Part shown: positions 50,007 through 58,747 of the stretch, one piece after another
Layout: the number at the start of each line of letters is the position of its first letter
Position numbering within the stretch: the first letter of the stretch is position 1
NCBI GenBank assembly: GCA_963810095.1
Contig: CAWEMM010000007.1
Span: 64,001-128,000 of the forward strand
Length of the DNA stretch: 64,000 bases
Origin: an uncultured Chloroflexia bacterium
GTDB lineage: Bacteria > Chloroflexota > Anaerolineae > CG2-30-64-16
Direction of reading: 5' to 3'
The notes under the pieces: model-generated
Told to the model about the DNA's origin: nothing
What the model saw: only the letters and a program-made list of their open reading frames with translations
Database searches by the model: none
Position numbers and translations under genes: made by a program

Positions 50007-51147
50007 ATGAACGAGCTTACCACCACTGCCAACGGCGCCGAACTGCTCGCGTTCGTGGATCAACCGCCCGACCAGAACCCGGCGCTCGTGTATCTCGCCG
50101 GACTGACGGCCGGGTCACGCCGTACGATGCGACAAGCCCTCTACACGATTGGCTCTATCGTGTTGCGCAAGACCCCATCGAGGCGACGGAGGCCGACCAA
50201 AGCCGACTGATCGCGGGATTACCGTGGGGGGCGCTCCGCTTCCAGCACACCGTCTTGATACGTTCCGAGTTGACCGCCCGTTACTCGCCGGCTTCTGCAA
50301 ACAAGCAGTTGTCGGCCCTACGGGGCGTGCTCAAGGCCGCTTGGCGCCTGGGCCAAATCGGGGCGGAAGAATATCAGCGTGCCATTGACCTCGACCGTGT
50401 ACGGGGTGGAAGTGAAGACCCACGGGGACGCGCCCTCACGCGTGGTGAGGTTCGGGCCATAATGAACGACGTGCATGACGGACGCCAGTCCCGCCGGCCT
50501 GCGGGATGGCGCCATGTTCGGGTTGTTGTACGGCGCTGGTCTTCGGCGTGCTGAATTGTCGGCTCTCGACCGTTCAGACTACTCCGTGGACGGCGACGAA
50601 AACGCAAGCCTGACCGTGCAGCACGGGAAGGGCAACAAGCGCCGGCTGATACCGCTTACGGATGGTGCCCTAGATGCGCTGCGGGACTGGCTGAGTGTCC
50701 GGGGCGATGAACCTGGGCCGTTGTTCGTGCCGGTCAATCGAGGCGGCCGGCTGATCCTGGGTCAACGAATGACGCCCCAAGCGGTCTACAACATGCTCGT
50801 GAAGCGGGCCGAACAAGCGGGCGTCAAGGGTTTCAGTCCCCACGACCTGAGGCGGACGTTCATCTCGGACCTTCTGGACGAAGGCGCCGACATTCGCGAC
50901 GGTGCAGAAGTTGGCCGGCCATGCGAACGTCACGACCACGGCCAAGTACGACCGACGAGGTGAGAGGGCCAAGCGTAAGGCGGTCGGGCTACTTGTAGTG
51001 CCGTACCAACGGCGCCGGCTAGACGAGGGACAGCGGCGTAAGCAGTCAGTACGAAGAGACCAACGGCCGGCTCGGGCTACACAACCCGGCCGGCTTTTTG
51101 GTGGGCGGCGAGATGTACCACGGGCAGGTAGACGGTTAGGGCTATAG
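50007..51147 (+). CDS. Second tyrosine recombinase (resolvase-like); three apparent frameshifts
   Basis: [19 protein letters not shown]; [25 protein letters not shown]; RGRAL; GLRRAEL; HGKGNKRR; PHDLRRTF; [16 protein letters not shown]. Confidence 0.82.
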
Positions 51148-51342
51148 GGTGGGGCAGGTGAGCGGGCGGTGTGTGCTAACGGACCTCTCTGAACAGCGGA
51201 ATGATGTGCGCTTATGGGTGTGTGGTACGGCCCTGTAGATTTTCAAAATTCCGGGTTTTTGGCGGTGATTGAGGGAGACGAAGCAGCTAAGACATGCGCC
51301 GAGGCCCGGTCTCCCTCAGGGATGGCTACTGCGGGCCGCCTT

Positions 51343-51543
51343 CTACCGCCACATCAGCACGATTCCAGCGTGGACCGTCCCGCCACCGGTGAGATGCACG
51401 CGCCATAATCGGCCCTGGGGTTGATCGACGGCGACCACGAAGACGCCTTCGGGGTAATGCTTCTTTAGCCTCTTCCAGCGCTTCTGTAGGTCTTTGGGCA
51501 GATCCTTCAGGGGGTCGGGGAGCTTGGGGAAATCCTTGTCCAT
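51343..51543 (-). CDS. Small hypothetical protein
   Basis: 66-aa ATG ORF with AAGGA upstream; no recognised motif. Confidence 0.3.
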   Translation of the reverse strand: MDKDFPKLPDPLKDLPKDLQKRWKRLKKHYPEGVFVVAVDQPQGRLWRVHLTGGGTVHAGIVLMWR

Positions 51544-51814
51544 TTGACATTTCCTTCACGTGGGCTTATCGTACCGCCCAGAAATATAAATGCCGGTTTG
51601 GTGCCGTTTAACACCTCGCCGGCATGGTGACACAGTGGAAGAAGCACTGCACACCGGGAGCGATTATAAAGGCGCTCGTGCTTGTCCACAAGTCGGCACG
51701 GGCGCCCTTCTTTTGTCGCCCGAGTATATGCGACTAACCTTAAATCGCAATTTTCCAATCCAGCTTCGCCTACTACATGTAGTAGTAGAGACGAAAGGAC
51801 ATACAGCATACAGT

Positions 51815-51896
51815 GTCGCATAGTTCGGTCTAGTCCGCACGATTGGAAATCGCGTATCCTGCAAGGGATCGAGGGTTCAAATCCCTCCCTCTCCGC
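51815..51896 (+). repeat. attR: 5'-truncated copy of tRNA-Ser(GGA)
   Basis: Matches 40652-40733 except TAGTCCGCACG versus TAGTGCGCGCG; lacks the first 6 nt of the acceptor stem. Confidence 0.92.
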
Positions 51897-51901
51897 TGAG
51901 T

Positions 51902-51942
51902 AGACGGGCAGTTACTGGATGCAGTGACTGCCCGTTTGTTTT
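51902..51942 (+). terminator. Probable original host tRNA terminator, displaced to attR
   Basis: ACGGGCAGTTACTG..CAGTGACTGCCCGT followed by TTGTTTT. Confidence 0.7.
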
Positions 51943-51959
51943 GGCAGCACGCCCGCGTG

Positions 51960-52362
51960 ACGAAGGGTCGGACCCTGGCGGGAGCTTTCTAGCTTGCTTT
52001 TTGCCGAGGGTCGCCTGGCCCCTGGCGGGAGCGCTCTTCCTTTTTTTGGCGAGGGCCGGCTGGCCCCCGCCGCCCGGCTGCCGCCGCCCCCGCTTCGGGG
52101 GCGTAGCCCCCGAAACCCCCAAAGGGTACGCTCCTGGCGCTTCTCATCGACCGGATCGCGTCAAACTCCCTCACAGAGGGCGCCTTGTGGAGGGCGCGCC
52201 CCACGGACTTAGTTTTGCCCGAGCCCGTCTCTGGCAGCCGCGCGACGCTCCGCACGCCGCCGCCGGGATAAGGGCGGACGGGCCGTTCCCCGAGCAGCGT
52301 TGGGGGTCAAGGGGGCGCAGCCCCTTGTCGGGGGCGGCGGGGGCAAGAGGGCCCCCGCCACA
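51960..52362. repeat. Non-coding structured repeat element, copy B
   Basis: Colinear blocks shared with 15930-16235. Confidence 0.65.
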
Positions 52363-52491
52363 ACACCTTATCTGGCATATCGGGCAAACCCCGCTGGAGT
52401 GCCGCCCGACTGTCAGCCTCCCATCAGCCTCCAGACAAGCGCTGACATTGCGTCGGGTGTATACTGTCTTCAGTGCGGTGAAGGAGGCTCT

Positions 52492-53316
52492 ATGCGAAAA
52501 CGTAGCCGCGTGGTGCTCGGTCCGCTGCTGCTGTTATGCGGAGTCCTGGCGGCGGGTTGTGCCGCCCCACTGTCTTTCCACGACCCCACAGGGATCGCGT
52601 TTGTCGACCGCTTCACGACGTTCCTACTCAATCCGGACGTCGCGTACCTGCTGCTGGTGCTGGGGCTCCTGGCGCTCATCGCCGAGTTCACCACACCCGG
52701 CGCGGTGGCGCCCGGCGTGTCAGGCGTCATTCTGCTCATCCTGGCCTTCTACGGCCTGCTGCAGCTGCCGACAAACTGGCTGGGGCCTGCGTTGATGGTG
52801 ACGGGCATTGTGATGCTGCTGCTCGACATCAAGGTGACCGGCTTCGCGCTCAGCGTGGGCGGGGTGGTCGCGTTCCTGCTGGGCTCGCTGTTGATCTTTA
52901 CACCGCCATGGGCTCAGCCGCCGGCTCCCACGGCACCCACGGCCAGCCTCAACCCCTGGCTGATCCTGGCGACCACGGCCGGCGTCGCCGTGTTCTTCAT
53001 CCTGGGCATTGCTGCCGCGCTGAAGGCACAGCGCTTTCCGATTGCGACGGGGCGCGAGACCTTGATCGGCCAGGTGGGCGTGGCGATCGACACCCTCAAT
53101 CCGGCCGGCTCCGTCCGACTGGAGGGGGAAGTGTGGTCGGCCGAGAACCACTCGGGCGACGCGATCCTGCCGGGCACGAAGGTCCGGGTCGTGGGCATCG
53201 ACGGGTTGCGGTTGCAGGTCGAGCGCGAGTGGGGCGCGGCCCGCTGGTCAGAGCGTGCCCCGTGGCCGGCAGACGCGGCCAATGAGCCGGCGCCGCAGGA
53301 CGATCCGAAATCGTAA
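52492..53316 (+). CDS. NfeD family membrane protein (no N-terminal protease domain)
   Basis: NPDVAYLLL..EFTTPG..PGVSG TM region; TGRETLIG..LNPAGSVRLEGEVWSA..VRVVGIDGLRL OB domain. Confidence 0.85.
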   Translation: MRKRSRVVLGPLLLLCGVLAAGCAAPLSFHDPTGIAFVDRFTTFLLNPDVAYLLLVLGLLALIAEFTTPGAVAPGVSGVILLILAFYGLLQLPTNWLGPALMVTGIVMLLLDIKVTGFALSVGGVVAFLLGSLLIFTPPWAQPPAPTAPTASLNPWLILATTAGVAVFFILGIAAALKAQRFPIATGRETLIGQVGVAIDTLNPAGSVRLEGEVWSAENHSGDAILPGTKVRVVGIDGLRLQVEREWGAARWSERAPWPADAANEPAPQDDPKS

Positions 53317-53351
53317 GTTGCATTTGTCTTGGAAGTGAGAGGAGCTAACCG

Positions 53352-54260
53352 ATGTTAGGGGCTGCCATTGGCACAATGGTGCTGCTGTTCCTGTTCATGT
53401 TCTTTCTGTTGATCTTCCGGCCGATCCGGGTCGTGAAGGACTACGAACGGCTGGTGCTCTTCCGCCTCGGCCGGTACGCAGGCACCCGTGGCCCTGGTCT
53501 CGTCTGGCTGTGGCCGGTGATCGACTCGGTCAACAAGGTCAACCTGCGGGAGGATTTCCTGGAGATCCCGTCCCAGACCTGCATCACGCAGGACAACGCG
53601 CCGATCGACATCGATTTTCTGATCTACTGGAAAGTGATCGATCCGGGCTTGTCCGTGCTGAAGGTGCGTGACTTTGCGGGCGCGTCGCAGGGCATCGCCA
53701 CCACGACCTTACGTGCCGTCATCGGCGACATCCCACTTGACGACGTGCTGGCGAAGCGCGAGCAGATCAACCAGGTGCTGCGCGCCAAGCTCGACGAGGT
53801 GACCGAGCGGTGGGGCGTGAAGGTGACCGGCGTGGAAATCCGCGAGATCGTGCCCCCGCGAGACATCCAGCAGGCGATGAACCGGCAGATGTCGGCCGAA
53901 CGCGAGCGCCGGGCCGTGGTGCTCGAGGCAGACGGCAAGAAGCAAGCGTCGATCACGGTGGCGGAAGGCAATAAGCAGGCGGCCATCCTCCAGGCGGAAG
54001 GCGCGCAGCAGGCGGCCATTCTCCAGGCGGAAGGCGGCCGGCAGGCGTCGATCCTGCAGGCGGAGGGGTATTCGATGGCGCTGTCGAGAATCTACGAGGC
54101 GGCGCACTCGCTGGACCCGAAGACCATGCAACTGCAGTACCTCGATGCGCTGAAGGCGCTGGGCAGCGGTCCCGCGACGAAGTTCATCTTCCCGATGGAG
54201 TTCACCAGCCTCGTCTCCGGTTTCGCCCGCCTCAACGGCGGCGACGGCGATGGGAAGTAG
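53352..54260 (+). CDS. SPFH/stomatin-like (band 7) protein
   Basis: YERLVLFRLG..GPGL, ITQDN, TTLRAVIG, WGVKVTGVEI, QMSAERERRA. Confidence 0.9.
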   Translation: MLGAAIGTMVLLFLFMFFLLIFRPIRVVKDYERLVLFRLGRYAGTRGPGLVWLWPVIDSVNKVNLREDFLEIPSQTCITQDNAPIDIDFLIYWKVIDPGLSVLKVRDFAGASQGIATTTLRAVIGDIPLDDVLAKREQINQVLRAKLDEVTERWGVKVTGVEIREIVPPRDIQQAMNRQMSAERERRAVVLEADGKKQASITVAEGNKQAAILQAEGAQQAAILQAEGGRQASILQAEGYSMALSRIYEAAHSLDPKTMQLQYLDALKALGSGPATKFIFPMEFTSLVSGFARLNGGDGDGK

Positions 54261-54281
54261 AACGGGACGCAGATAGGGCGG

Positions 54282-54315
54282 AGAAACCAGGTTTCTTCGA
54301 AGAAACCTGGTTTCT
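54282..54315. repeat. Paired AGAAACCWGGTTTCT palindromes abutting the ffs -35 box
   Basis: AGAAACCAGGTTTCT-TCGA-AGAAACCTGGTTTCT. Confidence 0.75.
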
Positions 54316-54345
54316 TTGACAGAACCCCGATCCATCGGGTACAAT
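54316..54345 (+). promoter_or_regulatory. Promoter of SRP RNA
   Basis: TTGACA, 18 bp spacer, TACAAT, 7 nt before the RNA start. Confidence 0.7.
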
Positions 54346-54352
54346 CTCTCAT

Positions 54353-54620
54353 GGTCGTGCTAGATGGGGAGCTAGCGGTGCCCTGTAGCCTGCAATCCGC
54401 TACAGCAGGATCGAATTCCCCTTCTAGGGTCTGCGGTCAGCGGGACTGCCTGCTGGTGAGCGTGGATGGCTGGGTCCTGTGCGGCGGGAGCCTGTGAACT
54501 GGGTCAGGACCGGAAGGTAGCAGCCCTAAGCGGTCACTTCTGGGTGCCACGGGGTTGCCTGGCCTGAGCAAGCCAGATTTGGCAAGCCGAGTGACGAGAT
54601 TCGAAGAGGGGTGCACGACC
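54353..54620 (+). ncRNA. ffs: Large (Alu-domain) bacterial signal recognition particle RNA
   Basis: Terminal pairing GGTCGTGC/GCACGACC; Bacillus scRNA-like 5' GGGGAGCTAGCGGTGCCCTGTAGCCTGCAATCCGCT; helix 8 TCAGGACCGGAAGGTAGCAGC. Confidence 0.92.
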
Positions 54621-54703
54621 AGGCATCATGGGGGCAGCTGCGATGAGCGGCTGCCCCTCATCATTTAAGAGACCTGGTTTCCACGGTGATAGGAGGTGAA
54701 TCG

Positions 54704-56511
54704 GTGGCTGAAACACGAAGCCTGCCCCTGCGCTCTGAGGTGCCGGTCGAGCAGACCTGGGACCTGGCAAGCGTCTACGCCAGCCCGGCGGACTGGGACG
54801 CAGCCTGCCAGGACCTGGAGAACCGGCTGCCGGCGTTGGCCGCATACCGGGGCCGGCTCGGGGAAGGCCCGGCCGTCCTGGCCGCGTTCCTCGACGCCTA
54901 CCAGGCTGCGGGCGTCGAGATGGGGAAGATCGCGCTCTACACCCGCAACGCGTCGTCTGTCGACTCGACGGACCAGGCCGCGGCCGGCCGGGTGGGTCAG
55001 GCCAACACGCTGATGAGCCGCTTCCTGGCCGCGAGTGCGTTCCTTGACCCCGAACTCATGTCCATCGGCTTCGACCGGCTGGGCGATTGGATTGCGACCA
55101 CACCGGAACTCGGCTTCATGGCCCATTACGTGGATCGCCTGCGCCGCCGCGAGCCCCACGTCCGCTCGAGCGAGGTCGAAGAGGTCTTGGCGCAGCTGTC
55201 CGATCCCTTCACCAGCCCATTCAATATCTACAGCACCTTGACCGCCGCCGAGATGCGCTTTCAGCCCGCGGTAGGCAGCGACGGGACCGAGCTGGAGGTC
55301 GGGCAGGCGAGCTTCAACGGCCTGATCACGCATGCCGACCGGAACATCCGGCGGACGGCCTGGGAGAGCTATGCGGATGGCTACGGGGCGGTGAGGAACA
55401 CGCACGCGGGCCTGGTGATCGCCGCCGCGAAGCAAAATGTCTTCAACGCCCGGGTACGCCGTTACGACTCTTCGCTGGACGCCTCGCTTGGGCCGAACGA
55501 CATCCCGACCCCCGTCTTCCATAACTTGATCGCCACCTTTCGCCGCAACCTACCGACGTGGCACCGCTACTGGCGCCTGCGCAAGAAAGCGCTGGGGCTC
55601 GATGCCTTCCACGTCTACGACATCAAAGCGCCGCTGACCCGCGCAAAGCCGGTCGTCCCGTTCGAGCAGGCGGTCGAATGGATTGCCCAGGGCATGGCGC
55701 CGATGGGTGAGGAGTACGTGGGCGTGTTGCATCGCGGCTGCACCGAGGAGCGGTGGGTCGACTGGGCACTGAACAAGGGCAAGCGCGACGGTGCGTTTTC
55801 GAGCGGGACGACGGGCACCCGCCCGTTTGTGATGATGTCGTACCAGGACGATCTCTTCAGCCTCAGCACGCTGGCGCACGAACTCGGCCATTCCATGCAC
55901 TCGTACTACAGCCGGAAGACGCAGCCCTACGTTTACAGCCGCTATTCGCTCTTCGTCGCCGAGACCGCTTCGAATTTCAACCAGGCGATGGTGCGCGATT
56001 ACCTCTTCCGGACACAGACCGAACGCGACTTCCAGATTGCGCTGCTGGAAGAGGCCATGTCGAACTACCACCGCTACTTCTTCATCATGCCGATCCTGGC
56101 GCAGTTCGAGCTGGAGGTCCACACCCGGGCCGAGCAGGGCAAGTCGCTCTCGGCCGCGGTCCTCAACGACATCTGCGCCGGCCTTTTCGCGGAGGGCTAT
56201 GGCGGCGAGGTGGAGTTTGACCGGGACCGGATCGGGATCACGTGGGCGCAGTTCCTGCACATGTACCTGAACTTCTACGTGTACCAGTACGCCACGGGCA
56301 TCTCGGCCGCGCACGCGCTGGTGCACGGCATCCTGGACGGCTCGCCGGGCGCAGTGGACCGCTACATCGACTTCCTCAGTTGTGGCAGCTCGCGCTACCC
56401 GCTCGACGTGCTGCAGTTGGCCGGCGTGGACATGACGCGCCCGAGCCGGTGGATACCGCGTTCGGGGTGCTCGCCGGGTACGTGGAGCGGTTGGAGGAAC
56501 TGCTGCAGTAG
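54704..56511 (+). CDS. pepF: Oligoendopeptidase F (M3B); apparent frameshift near 56440
   Basis: RSEVP..TWDL, GKRDGAFS, TLAHELGHSMH, VAETAS, WAQFLH..FYVYQYATG, GSSRYPLDVL..AGVDM. Confidence 0.92.
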
Positions 56512-56663
56512 GCACCGCCAGGCGAGTACTTCAGCATCTAGCCGGGGAAGGTCGGAGAGCGCGCTCGACGCGACGCCTCGCCTTCCCCCATCCGCAACCC
56601 TCCGCGGCTTCCTTGCGTATTTCCCCATGACGGCCACGCCGTACGTCCCGCAAGGAGCCGCTC

Positions 56664-58184
56664 ATGTCCTCACGCTCCAAATGGCAGCAGTTTCTGACCA
56701 GCGACCTGGCCCTCCTCCTCCTGATCGCCCTGGTGCGGGTGCTGCTTCACCTGCTCACGAACAACAACTCCGGCTTCCATCGCGACGAGCTGAACTTCAT
56801 TGCCAATGCCCGCCACCTGGCCTGGGGCTACGTCGAGTATCCGCCGCTCACCCCGTTCCTCACCCGCGTCTCGCTTGTCCTGTTCGGCGAGTCGGGCGTA
56901 AGCGTGCGCCTCTTCGCCGTCTTGGCGCAGGCCGCGGCCATTGTCGTCACGGGGCTGATGGCACGCGAGATGGGCGGGCGGCGCGGCGCCCAGGTGCTTG
57001 CCGCCCTCGCCGTGGCCATTACCCCTATCAGCATCGCGATGGGCACAATGATGATGTACGTGTCCTTCGACTTCCTCTGGTGGGTGCTGGCGGCCTACTT
57101 CGTGGTGAAGCTGCTGCGCACGGAGAACCCGCGCTGGTGGCTGGGGGTGGGCGCGGCGATCGGGCTGGGTGCGTTGACGCGCTACACGATCGTCATCGCC
57201 GTTGCTGCACTGGCGGTCGGTATCCTGCTCACCCCCGCCCGCCGCTACCTGCTCAGCCCCTGGCTCCTCGCGGGGGTGGGTCTCGCCGCGCTCATCTGCC
57301 TGCCAAACATCATCTGGCAGGCGCAGCATGACTTCGTCGCGCTCGCCTTCACGCGTGCGATTCACCAGCGCGACGTCGCATGGGGCCGGACGTCGGGCTT
57401 CGTCGTCGAGCAGTTTTACCAGGCCAGCCACCCGTTCACGGTCCCACTGTGGATCGCGGGGCTTTATTTCTACTTCTTCGCACCGCTCGGCCGCCGGTTC
57501 AGGACCCTGGGGTGGATGACGGTGGTGGCATTCGTGCTGTTCTACGTCAGCGAGGGCCGGGGTTACTACACCGGGCCCGTCTATCCCATCCTGCTGGCTG
57601 GCGGGGCAGTCGCCGTGCAGGAGCTGGTCGCACGGCTGAAGCCCAGGACCGCGCGCGCCGTTTGGAGCGCGGCGTTTGTGCTCTTCATGTTGGGCGGCGT
57701 CGTGTACCTCGCGCTGCAGCTGCCCGTAGCGCCGGAGGGCTCGGCCTACTGGCGCTTCACGAGCGGCATCGTGGGTGAACAAATCGAGAAGGTCGGCTGG
57801 CCTGAGCTGGTGACCGAGGTGGCGGGCGTATACAACTCGCTCCCCACCGACGAGCGGAGGTCGACCGCCATTCTCACGGCAAATTACGGCGAGGCCGGCG
57901 CAGTCGACCTTTACGGGCCGGCGCTCGGCTTGCCCAACGCCATTAGTGGGGTGAACAGCTATTGGCCCCGCGGCTATGGGGATCCGCCGCCCGAACACGT
58001 CATTCTCATCGGCTTTGACAGGAACTCGGCAGAGAAATCGTTCAAGGACTGCAGCAGCGCGGGCATGATTCCGAATCCATACAAGCTGCACAACGAGGAA
58101 GGCGCCCGCCCTGTGATCTATTACTGCCGCGGGCTTAAGCGGCCGTGGCCTGAGACGTGGAAGTGGTATCAGTCATACGGGTGA
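56664..58184 (+). CDS. GT39/ArnT-like membrane glycosyltransferase
   Basis: FHRDELNF..HLAWGYVEYPPLTP, LPNIIWQ, NYGEAGA. Confidence 0.82.
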   Translation: MSSRSKWQQFLTSDLALLLLIALVRVLLHLLTNNNSGFHRDELNFIANARHLAWGYVEYPPLTPFLTRVSLVLFGESGVSVRLFAVLAQAAAIVVTGLMAREMGGRRGAQVLAALAVAITPISIAMGTMMMYVSFDFLWWVLAAYFVVKLLRTENPRWWLGVGAAIGLGALTRYTIVIAVAALAVGILLTPARRYLLSPWLLAGVGLAALICLPNIIWQAQHDFVALAFTRAIHQRDVAWGRTSGFVVEQFYQASHPFTVPLWIAGLYFYFFAPLGRRFRTLGWMTVVAFVLFYVSEGRGYYTGPVYPILLAGGAVAVQELVARLKPRTARAVWSAAFVLFMLGGVVYLALQLPVAPEGSAYWRFTSGIVGEQIEKVGWPELVTEVAGVYNSLPTDERRSTAILTANYGEAGAVDLYGPALGLPNAISGVNSYWPRGYGDPPPEHVILIGFDRNSAEKSFKDCSSAGMIPNPYKLHNEEGARPVIYYCRGLKRPWPETWKWYQSYG

Positions 58185-58227
58185 GGTGCCATAGCGACCC
58201 GCCAGGTCGCTATGGCTTGCCCGGGCG

Positions 58228-58716
58228 CTACTGTGTCATCGTCGCGATAAACCGCTTAAGGTCGGCTGAGTGATCCCGGTAGTGCAGATACGTGTTATCG
58301 GCGACCAACTGCCACGGCATCCACTCTGCCGGCATGCCGGGCCACTGGGCAGGGTCATTGAGCTGCTCGTCGGTCAGCCCCTCGAGCGTCTTGTAGAGGG
58401 CCTCGTGGACGTTGCGTGCCGATTCCCGCACCTCGTCCGCGGGCCGGTCGCGGCTTTCTTCGTAAATCAGCCGGTTACGTTCGTCCAGCGCCTGGTTCCA
58501 CCAATCCGAGCCAAAGAACCTGCCGGCCTGGAGGAAGTCGAGCATTTGGCCCTCGTGCCAGGCCAGGTGCGCGTAGATATCCTTGACCTTCCAGTCACCT
58601 GCCACGGGCAGCGCGTCCTGCTCTTCCGGGCTCAGCAGTGAGCTTGTCGCCTCCCACTCGATCTTCGCCTCGAGAATTTGCCGCAGCAATTCATCCTTCG
58701 TCATCTTCTCCGTCAT
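58228..58716 (-). CDS. DinB/ClbS-DfsB-like four-helix bundle protein
   Basis: WKVKDIYAHLAWHE..NTYLHYRDH. Confidence 0.75.
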   Translation of the reverse strand: MTEKMTKDELLRQILEAKIEWEATSSLLSPEEQDALPVAGDWKVKDIYAHLAWHEGQMLDFLQAGRFFGSDWWNQALDERNRLIYEESRDRPADEVRESARNVHEALYKTLEGLTDEQLNDPAQWPGMPAEWMPWQLVADNTYLHYRDHSADLKRFIATMTQ

Positions 58717-58747
58717 TACACTCCTCCACGGATGGAAAACGGCATGC

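Larger units (their letters stand above)
40652..51896. mobile_element. ~11.1 kb integrative element in tRNA-Ser(GGA)
   Basis: 82-bp direct repeat 40652-40733 / 51815-51896 with 2 mismatches; integrase next to the tRNA; replication-type genes inside. Confidence 0.9.

Noticed and set aside
51815-51896. Third functional tRNA-Ser
   Set aside because: It lacks the 5' acceptor strand and has stem mismatches; interpreted as attR
53960-54070. Threefold QAAILQAEG repeat in the SPFH gene
   Set aside because: An ordinary coiled-coil repeat of stomatin/QmcA-like proteins
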